Below the pieces are notes generated by a model. The model made no database searches, was not told where the DNA came from, and saw nothing but the letters and a program-made list of their open reading frames with translations. From assembly GCA_030141605.1 (NCBI GenBank), contig JAQGDQ010001693.1, positions 1 to 29,128 of the forward strand: DNA of 29,128 nt, in the 5' to 3' direction. The DNA comes from Tubiluchus corallicola. Its lineage: Eukaryota > Animalia > Priapulida. The position numbers and the translations under genes are program-made. Below are positions 12,155 through 24,481 of the stretch, piece by piece; the stretch's first letter is position 1; every line of letters starts with the position of its first letter.

Positions 12155-12760
12155 AAAGCACAAGAAAACACTCTTCATGAACAAAGCTTAATAAAGTAGT
12201 CTTGAAATTTGATATCACTTGCATGCTGTCTTATTCCGCGCAGATCTTGCGTTAGCAGTAACGCTGTATAAATCTTGTAAATTTAAACTCCCGCGATGAC
12301 CGTTAAGTCAGTCTAGAAACAAGTTTAGAAAACTTTGCATAAAGCTGAAAAATCAGAGCATTCGTAGCGCCCTCCTCGCTAATAGTTTAAATTTCCTTTT
12401 CTTGTCAATGAAATTAAGAATGCATTTGCGGTGAGCCAGTGTTGCACACTGGGATAGTGATGCAGTGACGTTTTACCATGTCGCAGGAATATTTTAGATT
12501 ACTAACAATTTTCTTTTTCAATTAGATAAGTGTTTCAAGCAGGTAAGCGCAAAGCAACGACTCCACGTGCGCGCAATGCGTGATGCGTACTCAGATGATA
12601 GCCATCACGTTCGAGTGAATAAATATCACGCATTACGAATTACGCTTTGCGTACAGATGGAAACACTTTTACGTGTTTAAATATAAACTGTTATATGCGC
12701 GTCACGCATTACGCGCGCATGGAGTCGTAATACTAAGTAATATAACTTTGTATGGAAAGG
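12155..12760 (-). mobile_element. Inverted copy of the 6665-7310 repeat; a further related fragment at ~14185-14290
   Basis: Colinear reverse-complement similarity seen by eye. Confidence 0.78.
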
Positions 12761-13103
12761 TCTTTGGGACATAATTTAACATTTACTTTTCTTCCCCTGA
12801 CTTACGTTGTGCGGATATGACGTCATGTAATGGTGCCATCGAAACCAATCATAAAAGAAACAAAATAACTTTTTAACGCGAGTATGATATACGCATAATA
12901 TTGCCATAAAGTGATATAATTTTTTAGGCGATTTTTCTGAAACGTACTGCAGGTACCCCTTTTCATGTTGCTCAAGCAATGAGCAGACGATCATTAATTG
13001 TAAGGTACAGGGTTCAAATCCTGCTCTCCCTTGGGTTTTATTCTTTTTTTATTTAATTAGCCATTATAGCTAATTAGCCATTTTTATTTAATTGGCTAAT
13101 TAT

Positions 13104-13442
13104 TGTTTAAAATTCCCCCTTTTCCCCTTTAAGGACCTGTTAAACTATGTTAAAAGCATTAGATTATGATAGATAATTGTGCTGATGAATGCTGGCATGA
13201 AGCCAGTTAATGAGTGGTTTCACATGAGCAAGTGATTCAGAATCGAAGCGTCGAAGCTCGGCGCACGATATATAAGCCTTGTGATGCGCCCAGCTCAGGG
13301 GATTAAGTCTGGGAGCTGAAGGAGAGCAAGCTAGATCAGGGGGCTTGGCATTACTATCTGTTATATTTATTGTGTTTGATGTTCAATAATCGTGTAGTTT
13401 TATAATCAGACTCTTCATAGTTTTGCCATCCCTAAAACACCA
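13104..13442 (+). mobile_element. Candidate solo LTR
   Basis: TG...CA ends, internal tatataa near 13269, AATAA near 13385, flanks attat/ataat (4/5 match). Single copy, so weak support. Confidence 0.35.
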
Positions 13443-13532
13443 ATAATCATGTGCCAATGCCGTCCCTACACACAGCCAATACAACGAATTATTTTTACTC
13501 ATATCTCAGTTCTAAGAAACAGGAAGCTTACT

Positions 13533-13533
<1 letters not shown>

Positions 13534-13590
<57 letters not shown>
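13534..13590. repeat. (CT)n microsatellite
   Basis: Direct reading. Confidence 0.98.
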
Positions 13591-13597
<7 letters not shown>

Positions 13598-14092
13598 ACA
13601 CGAGCTAAACAGAATTTTTCAGCTAATTATACGACTATTTAGTGTGAAATCAGATGAGCTCGAGTTGCCAAACATAATTCCTCTTGAGATATAAAGATTA
13701 GGACGTTATTGCTAACATATTTTCCGTGTATCGGTTACATCCGGGGACCTAGAAAAGAGGCTGACATTTTTGACAGTTTCTTGAACTGTTCAAACGGCTT
13801 CTTTGCCAAGAATTTGGAAAATGGTTGCTAATGGCAGTCATCCAGTTCTGAAAAACCAAATGTTATGCTCAGCTTGCGCAACGCAGTATCAACTTTAACT
13901 TTTCTGCCTTTTGCTGATTAAGTGAAGATGCTGCGTAAGAGCATGTAGTCTTCGGAAGTGGTGCTGACAAGCCACTGGCGTAGCAGTGTCTAGTTTTTTG
14001 CTGGATTACTGCTGCATTTACCTGTCTGAAGGCAGATTTCTTTTATTTTAGAGTTCTGCCTGCCCAATGTCTACAATAGATGTGACGGGCGT

Positions 14093-14125
<33 letters not shown>

Positions 14126-14152
14126 TTGATGATGACGATGATGATGATGATG
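14093..14152. repeat. (GAT)n microsatellite
   Basis: Direct reading. Confidence 0.97.
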
Positions 14153-14297
14153 TAGTTTTCCACTTTGTTAAGTTGGTATGTTAAAGGAAGAGAGAAGTTT
14201 AAGCTTACGAGTTTTGTACAACGTTACTGCTAACGTAAGCGCTGTATTCAATAAGACTGTATGCAAGTGATGTAAAATTTCAAGGCGATTTTTTTAA

Positions 14298-14931
14298 AAG
14301 AAGACAGGATAAATTTTCATGTACTACCCGATTTTCAAGTCTGATAAAAAAGTATACATTTTAACACATGTTAATATTGCAAAAGCATTTTTTATTGTAA
14401 ATAATCAAAATAAATAATAGATTAAAAACTTAATTAACGGCGTATTAGCCCAACTTTTGATGACATCACAAACTAACATGATTTTCAACAGCAAAAATAT
14501 TCCATGAGCGTGTTGCACGTGTTTGTGAAAGCGAAAATTGAAGTACAGTGCTACTGTAAGATATTCAGTGTGTTGTACTAAAACTAGGACTGTTTTAAGA
14601 TAGAAGTTCAAATTTCAAAATTACCGCTGTGTTCACGCATAAGCTGTCGAACGTGTGTAGTTCGTCACAAACAAACACATCTGAACTGATAGGTTCAGCA
14701 CCTGTTTTTCTGTGCAATGCGTTTCCGAAATGCAGGCGCTAGCGCCCGTCTAACTAGCGAATGGCAAAATCCATGTAACAGTGAAGAACTAGTGACGCAA
14801 ACGTGAAACTGTGTTTGTGTGGTCATAATTCTTTCACGTAAGTCATATTTGACAAAATAGTATGTTTCCTTTCAACATTTTATTGAGTAGATTGTTTTGA
14901 CCTGCAGTTTATGATTGAGTTCTGTTTTGCT
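14298..14931 (-). mobile_element. Kolobok-like family, full copy 2
   Basis: TTAA|aagaagacagga ... tctgttttgct|TTAA. RR..YY termini with short imperfect TIRs. Confidence 0.82.
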
Positions 14932-14959
14932 TTAAGTGAAATTATAGCCATCATTTGGT

Positions 14960-15410
14960 CACCTTCCTGTTTCATACTTATTCTTGTTTTTTCGTATCTT
15001 TTTCTTTCTTCTATTTAATATTTTTTTCATTTTCTTTCTTTCGCTTTTTTAAATCGTTCTTGTTTTTTTCAGCTCTAGTTTTGTCTTTATTCTTATCTCT
15101 TCGTTTTCTTTATTCAGCTTTTCTTTTCCTTTCTTTTCTTCTTTTGTCTTCTATTTTCCTTTCTGTTACTTCGTATGCTTATCCCTTTCTTTCTTCGTTT
15201 CCTTCTTCTCTTTCATCTTCTCTCGTCAGCCTTTTCTCTTTGTTCTTCTTTCGTCTTTCATTTCCGTGTTATTCTATCTTACTTTCCTTCCTTAGTCTTT
15301 TCTCTCATCGTTTCTTTGTTCTCATTCGGATTTTTTCTTTCTTCTTTCGTCTTTTTTTCGATCTTTTGTTTCTCCTGTCCGTTTATCTACCTGTTTATTT
15401 TTATCCCTGT
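14960..15410. repeat. Pyrimidine-rich low-complexity tract upstream of the 15484 exon
   Basis: Direct reading. Confidence 0.85.
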
Positions 15411-15483
15411 TCTGACCCACTGAAAAGATAAAATCTTAAACATGATTACGATGTTGCTGAATGAGAAATCTTTTTCTTCGTAG

Positions 15484-15594
15484 GTAAATTTTGCGGAAGT
15501 GAACCTCCAGACACCATCACTTCCGTCGGAAACAGACTCTGGCTGGATTTCCGAACCACAACAACTTATGGTTCATTCACAGCGAATTATGAAG
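15484..15594 (+). CDS. BMP1/TLL: BMP1/tolloid-like exon, CUB1 second part (GKFCGSEPPDTITSVGNRLWLDFRTTTTYGSFTANYE)
   Basis: Acceptor tttttcttcgtAG and donor GTtaga at 15595. 111 bp, phase 1-1. GxFCG and FxAxYE CUB motifs. Not in the ORF track. Confidence 0.93.
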
Positions 15595-15656
15595 GTTAGA
15601 AAACTTTGATTTTATTAACAAACCTATCAAAAGCTAACTTCAATAACATAGAGATT

Positions 15657-16335
15657 GATGGATGGATGGATGGATGGATGGATGGATGGATGGATGGATG
15701 GATGGATGGATGGATGGATGGATGGATGGATGGATGGATGGATGGATGGATGGATGGATGAATGGATGGATGGAGGGAGGGAGGGAGGGAGGGAGGTAGG
15801 GACGGAAGGACGGACGGATGGATGAATGCGTGCATGGATGGATGGATGGATGGATGGATGGATGGATGGATGGATGGATGGATGGATGGATGGATGGATG
15901 GATGGATGGATGGATGGATGGATGGATGGATGGATGAATGTGTGCATGCACGGATGGATGGATGGATGGAGGGATGGACAGACAGACAGATGGACGGACG
16001 GACAGATGGATGGATGGATGGATGGACGGATGGATGGACGGACGGAGGAATGGATGGGTGGATGGATGGATGGATGGATGGATGGACGGACGGACGGACG
16101 GACATAAGGACGGACGGATGGACGGACGGTCGAACAGACTTACGGACGGATGGATGGATGGATGGATGGATGGATGGATGGATGGATGGATGGATGGATG
16201 GATGGATGGATGGATGGATGGATGGATGGATGGATGGATGGATGGATGGATGGATGGATGGATGGATGGATGGATGGATGGATGGATGGATGGATGGATG
16301 GATGGATGGATGGATGGATGGATGGATGGACGAAT
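15657..16335. repeat. (GGAT)n/(GGAC)n microsatellite filling most of the intron
   Basis: Direct reading. Confidence 0.98.
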
Positions 16336-16446
16336 AGATAGATACATCAAATCTTTATTAACCAACATTAAAACGATACATTTGCAAGGTTCAGTGTAAC
16401 TCATTTAAAATGTTCTATGGTCAACATACATGCTTTGTTCGTTTAG

Positions 16447-16592
16447 CTATTTGTGGCGGAGACCTGATCCAGAACGAGGGTACAATTCAGAGCCCAAATT
16501 ACCCAGACGATTATAAAGCAGAGAAAAACTGCGTGTGGCTGATCACTGTGTCTGAAGGCAGTCAAGTAGCTTTGATATTCCAATCTTTTGAG
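16447..16592 (+). CDS. BMP1/TLL: BMP1/tolloid-like exon, CUB2 first part ([49 protein letters not shown])
   Basis: Acceptor ttcgtttAG and donor GTatct at 16593. AICGG and [10 protein letters not shown] match BMP1/TLL CUB2. Confidence 0.96.
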
Positions 16593-16813
16593 GTATCTGC
16601 TACATTACAATATACAGAAATTCATTGCGAACCTTTTCTGCTGCAGATATTAGGCCTATTGAACATAAATATCCCACAATTAAAAAACAAGAAAGGGCAG
16701 AACGTTTTCAACCACCCTTTTAGTTCTTCTTCAAGAAAAAAACGAAAAAAAATCGAAAACGAGTTGCCAAAGTTACTAAACTTTGGGGGAGTTTTTTCAC
16801 TTTATATTATTAA

Positions 16814-17526
16814 CTCCTTCCGGACTACACTGTTCAAAATAGACCTTATAAGACCCTATGACGTTTCTGCTACTGTATAAGCACAGACATAACTGAATGA
16901 TTGCAAAGTAGGTAGTGTTCTATTCACGAGAATCTCGGCTATCCAACCATGCTATTTGTTTAAACATTTATCAGTGATTTAATTTTATAAAATTTAGAAA
17001 ATCAAGCCCTTTTCAGGCACTTTAATTTAGCCTACTGAGTAGCTTAGACTGGCGTACACCTGCGTGATCGTACGCGCTAAATTATTGATTTCCTGATTCC
17101 TTCAGCCGAAGATGTGCAGCGTTCTGCTGCTATTCCAGGAAAAACCAACCGATCTACCATGGACAAATTAATGTCGTTTCATCTTTTAACAAGAATTTCT
17201 CCTTAAAAAGAGAGTAGACTTGAGGCCAAAGTGTATCAGGGTGTTGTGTCTGGATAGTTGAAATTTTCTGCATTCACACAAGTGGTACTGTACATTGTTA
17301 CAGTGCCGTTACTGAAAGCTTTTTTTCATTTTTTTCGCCAAAAATCAGTTTTTAATTTGTCCAGGCTAAGCAAATGTATTTCCCAAATAATTTAGTATGA
17401 ATATCCATCGTGCGCGGATTAGAAACCTACAAAAATTATCAAATATAACATAATGGCTGCTTAGTGAGAGCAGGTTTTTCATGAACCCATAGCAAAATGT
17501 AACAAATGCTTGTGGTCCTGAAGGAG
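16814..17526. mobile_element. piggyBac-like non-autonomous element, 713 bp
   Basis: TTAA|ctccttccggactaca ... tgtggtcctgaaggag|TTAA. 16-bp TIR (14/16 match) with TTAA on both sides; no transposase ORF. Confidence 0.82.
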
Positions 17527-17944
17527 TTAACACAAAAAATGGATGAAATGACATTGAAAAAAACACAAGAACAGATGAAACACAAGAGAGAAACAAAGAA
17601 ATATTGAATCACTAGTCGTAGTCGTACACAGGCCATATTTCGGGGGGGGGGGGGGGGTAAGTGGGCATACTTCCCCGGGGCCTCACCCTACAGGGCTTTC
17701 GTTAATTGCTTCCACCCCTCTAAGAAATAACTCTAGGGGACTCTGAGTGATAGCGTGTTGTAATTCAGAGCCATACTCAGCTTAAAAATCAGCGGACGAT
17801 CCGTAATTGTGAGGTTCTGAGTTCAAATCCTGCGCTCGGCCGCAATCTTCTCAGCACTTTCTTTTTTAAATAATTATTTTTTTCATATTATGGCTTATTA
17901 TAATTTAAATTTCTACATTATAAACATAAACTTTTTGAGCCACT

Positions 17945-18213
17945 AATAATAATATAATAATAATCTTTATTTAAAAGTCATCTTTTGCTTAACAATTAAC
18001 ATTAGCTCAAAGAGCTATTATCGCCGACTGTAAATAACAACCTACAACTACATAACAGAGACTATTATTACCCCACTTTTACCCTAAATACCACGCGTCA
18101 GGCAGGGCAACAGCAGGTACCATTTTTAAAGTCTCTGGTATGACCCGGCCGCTGGTTCGAACTCACGACCTCCCAGACGGAAAGCAGACGCGTTACCACT
18201 AGACTAAACCGTC
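17945..18213 (-). mobile_element. tRNA-derived SINE, possibly of the MetaSINE type
   Basis: Minus strand has A box tagtctagtggtaa, B box gttcgaacc, core ccgggtcataccagagactttaaaaatggtacc, then AATAAA and an (ATT)n tail. The core-domain name is from memory. Confidence 0.8.
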
Positions 18214-18263
18214 TTGTCAGTCTTGTGTTTTTGTGTTTTCTTCAATATATTTGCATTTCGCAG

Positions 18264-18339
18264 GTTGAAAAGCATGATGACTGTGTCTACGATTATGTAG
18301 AAGTGAGAGATGGACATGATGAGAAATCACCACTAATAG
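18264..18339 (+). CDS. BMP1/TLL: BMP1/tolloid-like exon, CUB2 middle ([25 protein letters not shown])
   Basis: Acceptor catttcgcAG and donor GTaatg at 18340. 76 bp, phase 0-1. [11 protein letters not shown] motif. Confidence 0.95.
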
Positions 18340-18412
18340 GTAATGAAGAAATGTTTAAATGAAAACAGGATGATTTTTCATATACTACCCCATTTTCAAA
18401 TATGGTAAAAAT

Positions 18413-18413
<1 letters not shown>

Positions 18414-18453
<40 letters not shown>

Positions 18454-18545
18454 AATAATGACGACAACGACGACGACTATGACGACGACGACGACGATGA
18501 TGATGATGATGTTGATGATGATGATGATGATGATGATGACCATGA
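18414..18545. repeat. (GAT)n/(GAC)n microsatellite
   Basis: Direct reading. Confidence 0.97.
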
Positions 18546-18748
18546 TAGTAGTGATGTTTACTCATATGCCCTGTTTAACAAATAATTGATTCATTTAAAT
18601 TTCTTCATGAAGATGCATAGTTCGCTGAGGTACTGTCAGGGTACCTCCAAGAGTACCTCCATGAAGCTCAAGCTTAACTCTTAGCAGTGTAAGAGGGATG
18701 ACTCTTCCTGTCTTTCCTTTTTTTCAAAGGAATAAAGCAGAACTTTAA

Positions 18749-19364
18749 AGGAAGTCGGGATGATTTTTCATGCACTACCCAATTTTCAAGTCTGACAAAA
18801 ACTGTACGTTTTGACACAATTAGTATTTGCAAAATCGTTTCTGACAATTAATTATAGGTTAAAAATTTAATTAAAGGTGGGCGAGCCAATTATTGATGAC
18901 ATCACAAACTAACAATTCTCAACAGCACAACCATTCTATGAGCGTGTTGCAAGTGTTTGTGAAGGCAAAAATTGAAGTACAGTGCTACTGTAAGATATAT
19001 GGTGTGTTGTACTAAAACTAGACAAGTTTTAAGATAAAAATTCAAATTTCAAAATTATCGCTGTGTTCACGCATAAGCTGCCGAACGTGTGCTCTTCATT
19101 ACAAACTAACACATCTGAACTAAGAGGTACTGCACCTGTTTTTTGTGCAACGCGTTTCCGAAATGCAGGTGCCAGCGCCCGTCTAACTAACGAATGGCGA
19201 AATGCATGTAATTGCGAAGAACTAGTGGCGCGAACGTGAAATTGTGTTTGTGTGGTAATAATTGTTTCGCGGAAGTCATTTTTGAAAAAACAGTATGTTT
19301 CCTTTCAACTAGTTTAAAGAGTAGATTGTTTTGATCTACAGTTTAAGATGGGGTTCGCTATGCT
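18749..19364 (-). mobile_element. Kolobok-like family, full copy 3 (a terminal fragment also at ~18359-18415)
   Basis: TTAA|aggaagtcggga ... cgctatgct|TTAA. Colinear with copy 2. Confidence 0.82.
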
Positions 19365-19699
19365 TTAAAACTGTCTTTGCTATCAACTACTTTGGTCAAA
19401 TTTCCCATAAAACTATTATATCAGCTATTCCTTGTACTTAATATTCGGAGAACGAATTTTGGAATTAATTTTGTATTAAAATTGCATTAATATAAGATGA
19501 ATTATGACATTTTGAAAAGTTAAATGATTCGTTCAAGCTGCAAGCATTGTTACTGCCAGCTGCTCTCTGTAATAGTATATATAACCTTGCTATCAGCAAG
19601 GATACCCTAATACCTGCCTGAAAGACTTGTTGTTAAAAATTATGGTTTTAAATATATGCGTTATATATATATATATATATATTTATATATTATATATTA

Positions 19700-20345
19700 T
19701 AATATAATATAATGTAATGTAATGTAATGTAATGTAATGTAATGTAATGTAATGTAATATAATATAATATAATATAATATAATATAATATAATATAATAT
19801 AATATAATATAATATAATATAATATAATATAATATAATATAATATAATATAATATAATATAATATAATATAATATAATATAATATAATATAATATTATAT
19901 TATATTATATGATATTATATTATATTATATTATATTATATTATATTATATTATATTATATTATATTATATTATATTATATTATATTATATTATATTATAT
20001 TATAATATATTATATTATATTATATTATATTATTTTATATTATATTATATTATATTATATTATATTATATTATATTATATTATATTATATTATATTATAT
20101 TATATTATATTATATTATATTATAATATAATATAATATAATATAATATAATATAATATAATATAATATAATATAATATAATATAATATAATATAATATAA
20201 TATAATATAATATAATATAATATAATATAATATAATATAATATAATATAATATAATATAATATAATATAATAAAAAATATATAATATAATCCAATGCAAT
20301 GCAATGTAAAGTAATGTAATGTAATACAATATAATATATATATAT
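19700..20345. repeat. (AATAT)n/(AATGT)n pentanucleotide array with an internally inverted (ATATT)n block
   Basis: Orientation switches at 19893/19894 and 20122/20123. Confidence 0.95.
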
Positions 20346-20351
20346 AACTCC

Positions 20352-20640
20352 ATGAAAATCCCGATATTAGAAGCCCACAGAGATTATCAAACTCTCTTGT
20401 TCCTCTATAAATATATCAACAATATTAATTCTCCTTTTCAAAAACAATAAGCTCCCACTCCTTGAAACCCCAGTATGAATAACAGAACACTAAATTTAAG
20501 AAACATTAGAACGAACAATCAATATGGAAAGAATTCCATTACTAAGCAAGCAAAGCAACTTGGGATTCATTACCGACATCACTAAAACACAGCAGCTCTT
20601 TATCAATATTCAAGTCTAAATTAAAAAAAACATTTAATGA
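20352..20640 (+). mobile_element. Decayed CR1/L2-type LINE ORF2 C-terminus
   Basis: Translation with a stop and a frameshift: LEAHRDYQTLLFLYKYINN ... TNNQYGKNSITKQAKQ / WDSLPTSLKHSSSLSIFKSKLKK. Matches the WNxLP..FKxxLK motif. Confidence 0.72.
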
Positions 20641-21102
20641 CTCGTTTAATGAAACATTTAATGACAATGATTTTTATGCTTTTTAAAATTATATTTTTTA
20701 TTATATATATTATATATATCTACGTTATATTATATATACATATAACGTAGATAATTAAAAATATAATTTTTTAAAACATAAAAATATAATATATATATAT
20801 ATACGCATCATCTTAGTTTTCGCTCAAATTTTTGTAAATATGTAGATTTTGTAAATAACCTCTGCATTTTTAGTTTTCATAATTTCCAGTCATTTTATAA
20901 GTATCTTTTTATAAGTAGCTGTAGATGGCGCTACGCGTACGCTTTATATGATTGGCTGGTATCCTGCCTCCGGTATGCAGTATAAATTCGTTATTTCAAT
21001 GTATTCTTACTTTGTATACGTAAGTTTTTAATTGGCAATTAAGCACTAAAAGTGTTCCATCGTTTACAATAATTGTGTTCTTTCTTTATTCGTATATATA
21101 TG

Positions 21103-21563
<461 letters not shown>

Positions 21564-21925
21564 TACGTACGTCATATTTTTGTGATTTTAATAAAGCTTA
21601 TTTGATAATATTAAAACAAAAGAATAATTTCGGATACCAACTCTGTTCGCTTTGAGTAACCTCTGGTTTGCAGAGTGAAAGTTACTCGACATTCAAGTTG
21701 AGTAACTCGATATTTTGAAATCGACAACCTTTGAAACATAATTTCTGTGCTAAAACTAATTATAAAAAACGAGTCGTGAGTATGAGTATAATTTCAACAT
21801 AAATTAAAAATTGAAATGTTAGAATCAAACGTATTCAACTGACTGCAATGAAGCAGTTTTGTTGATACAAATTAGGAAAGAAGACAATTAGTCTAAACTA
21901 AATTAAAAACTTACGTATACAAAGT

Positions 21926-22257
21926 CTTTCTATCTTTTGTATCATCTCATATATGAGCTTCATTCATTACATCATTCCATTTTAACCACTAATGTTTTCT
22001 TTGTCACACGATTCACTTTAAATTTTCATATTATTTCCATTACTTTTTTTCTATCACTGTGTGGGACAATCTAACAAGCCCTGCTTTTTGATTGCCGGAA
22101 TACATTTACATTTATATATAAGTGAACAGTGTTTGAGGCTTTTCCTGTGCAGTATTTCTTATTTGTATTACGTTCATTGTAGGCCCTTTCACTAGATATT
22201 GTATATGTAACCATTGTAAATGTCTAATGTGAAATAAATGACTTATGACTTAGGACT
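21926..22257 (+). mobile_element. LINE 3' UTR-like insertion with AATAAA and (TGACTTA)n tail
   Basis: Interrupts the right TIR precisely and ends gaaataaatgacttatgacttaggact. Confidence 0.62.
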
Positions 22258-22487
22258 AAAAATACATTGACATAAGAAATGTATACTGCATACCAGAGGC
22301 AGCATACCAGCCAATCATATGCCACTGCATACGCGTAGCGCCATCTACAGCTACTTATAAGAAACTTATGAATTACACTTTGATTTCTCTAAAATGCTTT
22401 TTCGAATTTCTGGCTGAAATTTTGCATCTTTCCCACAGTTATAATATCTGTGTTGTACCTAACCTAAGACATTAGCTGCCTAGTTAA

Positions 22488-23024
22488 ACCAAAACCGGAT
22501 TCAATCTTAAACTGCAGGTCAAAACAATCTATTCTTTAAAATAGTTCTTCGCTGTTACATGCATTTCGCCATTCGTTAGTTAGACGGGCACTAGCGCCTG
22601 CATTTCAGGAAGTGTTGCACAGAAAACAGCTGCTGTACCGTTCAGTTCAGATGTGTTAAATTGTGACGAACAGCACACGTTCGACAGCTCATGCGTGAGC
22701 ACAACAGTAAATTTGAAATTTGAATTTTCATCTTAAAACTTACCTAGTTTTAGTACAACACAGTGAATATCTTACAGTAGCGCTGTAGTTCAATTTTCGC
22801 TTACGCAAACACGTGCAACACGCTCGTGGAATATTTTTACTGTTGAAAAATATGTTAGTTTGTGATGTCATCAATAGTTGGACTCGCCTGACGTTAATTA
22901 TTAAGTTTTTAATCTATTATTTAATTATCAGAAACACACTTTTGCAGTACAAATTTTGTTAAAATGGATACTTTTTATAGGACTTGGAAATGGGATAGTA
23001 TATGAAAAATCATCCTGTCTTCCT
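22488..23024 (+). mobile_element. Kolobok-like family, copy 4 with an internal deletion
   Basis: TTAA|accaaaaccgg ... catcctgtcttcct|TTAA. Lacks the segment between aaaatagtt and cttcgc that the other copies have. Confidence 0.82.
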
Positions 23025-23151
23025 TTAACTTTCCTTCAACACACCTCTTATTTAGGTATTGATTATTGATTTCTACACTTTTAATCGATTTTGCAACAAC
23101 ACTTGTGTAAATTGTGATAGATCTCTTACTTTTCTTTTACATAAACTTCAG

Positions 23152-23271
23152 GAAGATTTTGTGGATATGAAATTCCGGAAGATTTGACGTCGAAAGGGAA
23201 CAAACTGAGGGTGGTTTTCAATTCAGATGGATCAGTTGAGAAGGCTGGATTTTCTGCAACTTTCTTACAAG
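23152..23271 (+). CDS. BMP1/TLL: BMP1/tolloid-like exon, CUB2 end ([40 protein letters not shown])
   Basis: Acceptor aaacttcAG and donor GTttgg at 23272. 120 bp, phase 1-1. FxSDGSVxKAGF motif. No following EGF exon found inside the window. Confidence 0.95.
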
Positions 23272-23408
23272 GTTTGGTTGTAGTTCTAGATTTCATTTCA
23301 TCTAAGTGAAACGTCAAGAACAGTGGCGACTCCTGGCTAAAATTATGTGGGCGGGGGGAGTGCTGCTTCAGAAGATGTTTAGCCATTGTTTTAATACTGT
23401 GTAAAATG

Positions 23409-24250
23409 AAACTAACATATAATTTTGATGTTATAATTTTAAACTAACATATAATTTTGATGTTATAATATTAAACTAACATATAATTTTGATGTTATAA
23501 TTTTAAACAAACATATAATTTTGATGTTATAATTTTAAACTAACGTATAATTTTGATGTTATAATTTTAAATTAACATATAATTTTGATGTTATAATTTT
23601 AAACTAACATATAATTTTGATGTTATAATTTTAAACTAACATATAATTTTGATGTTATAATTTTAAACTAACATATAATTTTGATGTTATAATTTTAAAC
23701 TAACATATAATTTTGATGTTATAATTTTAAACTAACATATAATTTTGATGTTATAATTTTAAACTAACATATAATTTTGATGTTATAATTTTAAACTAAC
23801 ATATAATTTTGATGTTATAATTTTAAACTAACATATAATTTTGATGTTATAATTTTAAACTAACATATAATTTTGATGTTATAATTTTAAACTAACATAT
23901 AATTTTGGTGTTATAATTTTAAACTAACATATAATTTTGATGTTATAATTTTAAACTAACATATAATTTTGATGTTATAATTTTAAACTAACATATAATT
24001 TTGATGTTATAATTTTAAACTAACATATAATTTTGATGTTATAATTTTAAATTAACATATAATTTTGATGTTATAATTTTAAACAAACATATAATTTTGA
24101 TGTTATAATTTTAAACTAACATATAATTTTGATGTTATAATTTTAAACTAACATTTAATTTTGATGTTATAATTTTAAACTAACATATAATTTTGATGTT
24201 ATAATTTTAAACAAACATATAATTTTGATGTTATAATTTTAAACAAACAA
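23409..24250. repeat. 32-bp AT-rich minisatellite, ~26 copies (aaactaacatataattttgatgttataatttt)
   Basis: Unit starts at 23409, 23441, 23473 and onward; very homogeneous. Confidence 0.98.
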
Positions 24251-24299
24251 ACTTATGTACAGTAACAGATACAGATGTATTTGATACAGTAACAAATAG

Positions 24300-24480
24300 C
24301 TAAGTGTTTGAAAACAAAGTTAAATGAATTGAACTGCTTTGTACATTAAGAGAAGGCTTTTTATGGTACATAGATAAACTTTCTTTTATTAATAAGTCCC
24401 AGTTATTTGTAGCTCTGATCACAATTATTAAAATCAGCTTTGTGGTCAGAGGCATAAATATGGTCAATAAAACTGGCAAA
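24300..24480 (-). mobile_element. Penelope-like element fragment (GIY-YIG endonuclease C-terminus)
   Basis: Two minus frames join as SFIDHIYASDHKADFNN / IRATNNWDLLIKESLSMYHKKPSLNVQSSSIHLTLF. Matches the H..H.dF.N..L.IkEsl.I...PsLN..L.lF pattern. Confidence 0.72.
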
Positions 24481-24481
24481 A

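Noticed and set aside
15596-16404. HPSI/MDGW repeat ORFs and other microsatellite ORFs (SIYL, HSFI, ILYY, ER/SL, poly-His)
   Set aside because: Simple-repeat translations.
17627-17700. G-run with hAT-MITE-like end (caggccatatttcggggg...)
   Set aside because: No matching opposite terminus or TSD found.
17770-17845. Possible tRNA gene (also 12968-13030 and within 18150-18213)
   Set aside because: B box present but no convincing cloverleaf. Better explained as SINE heads.
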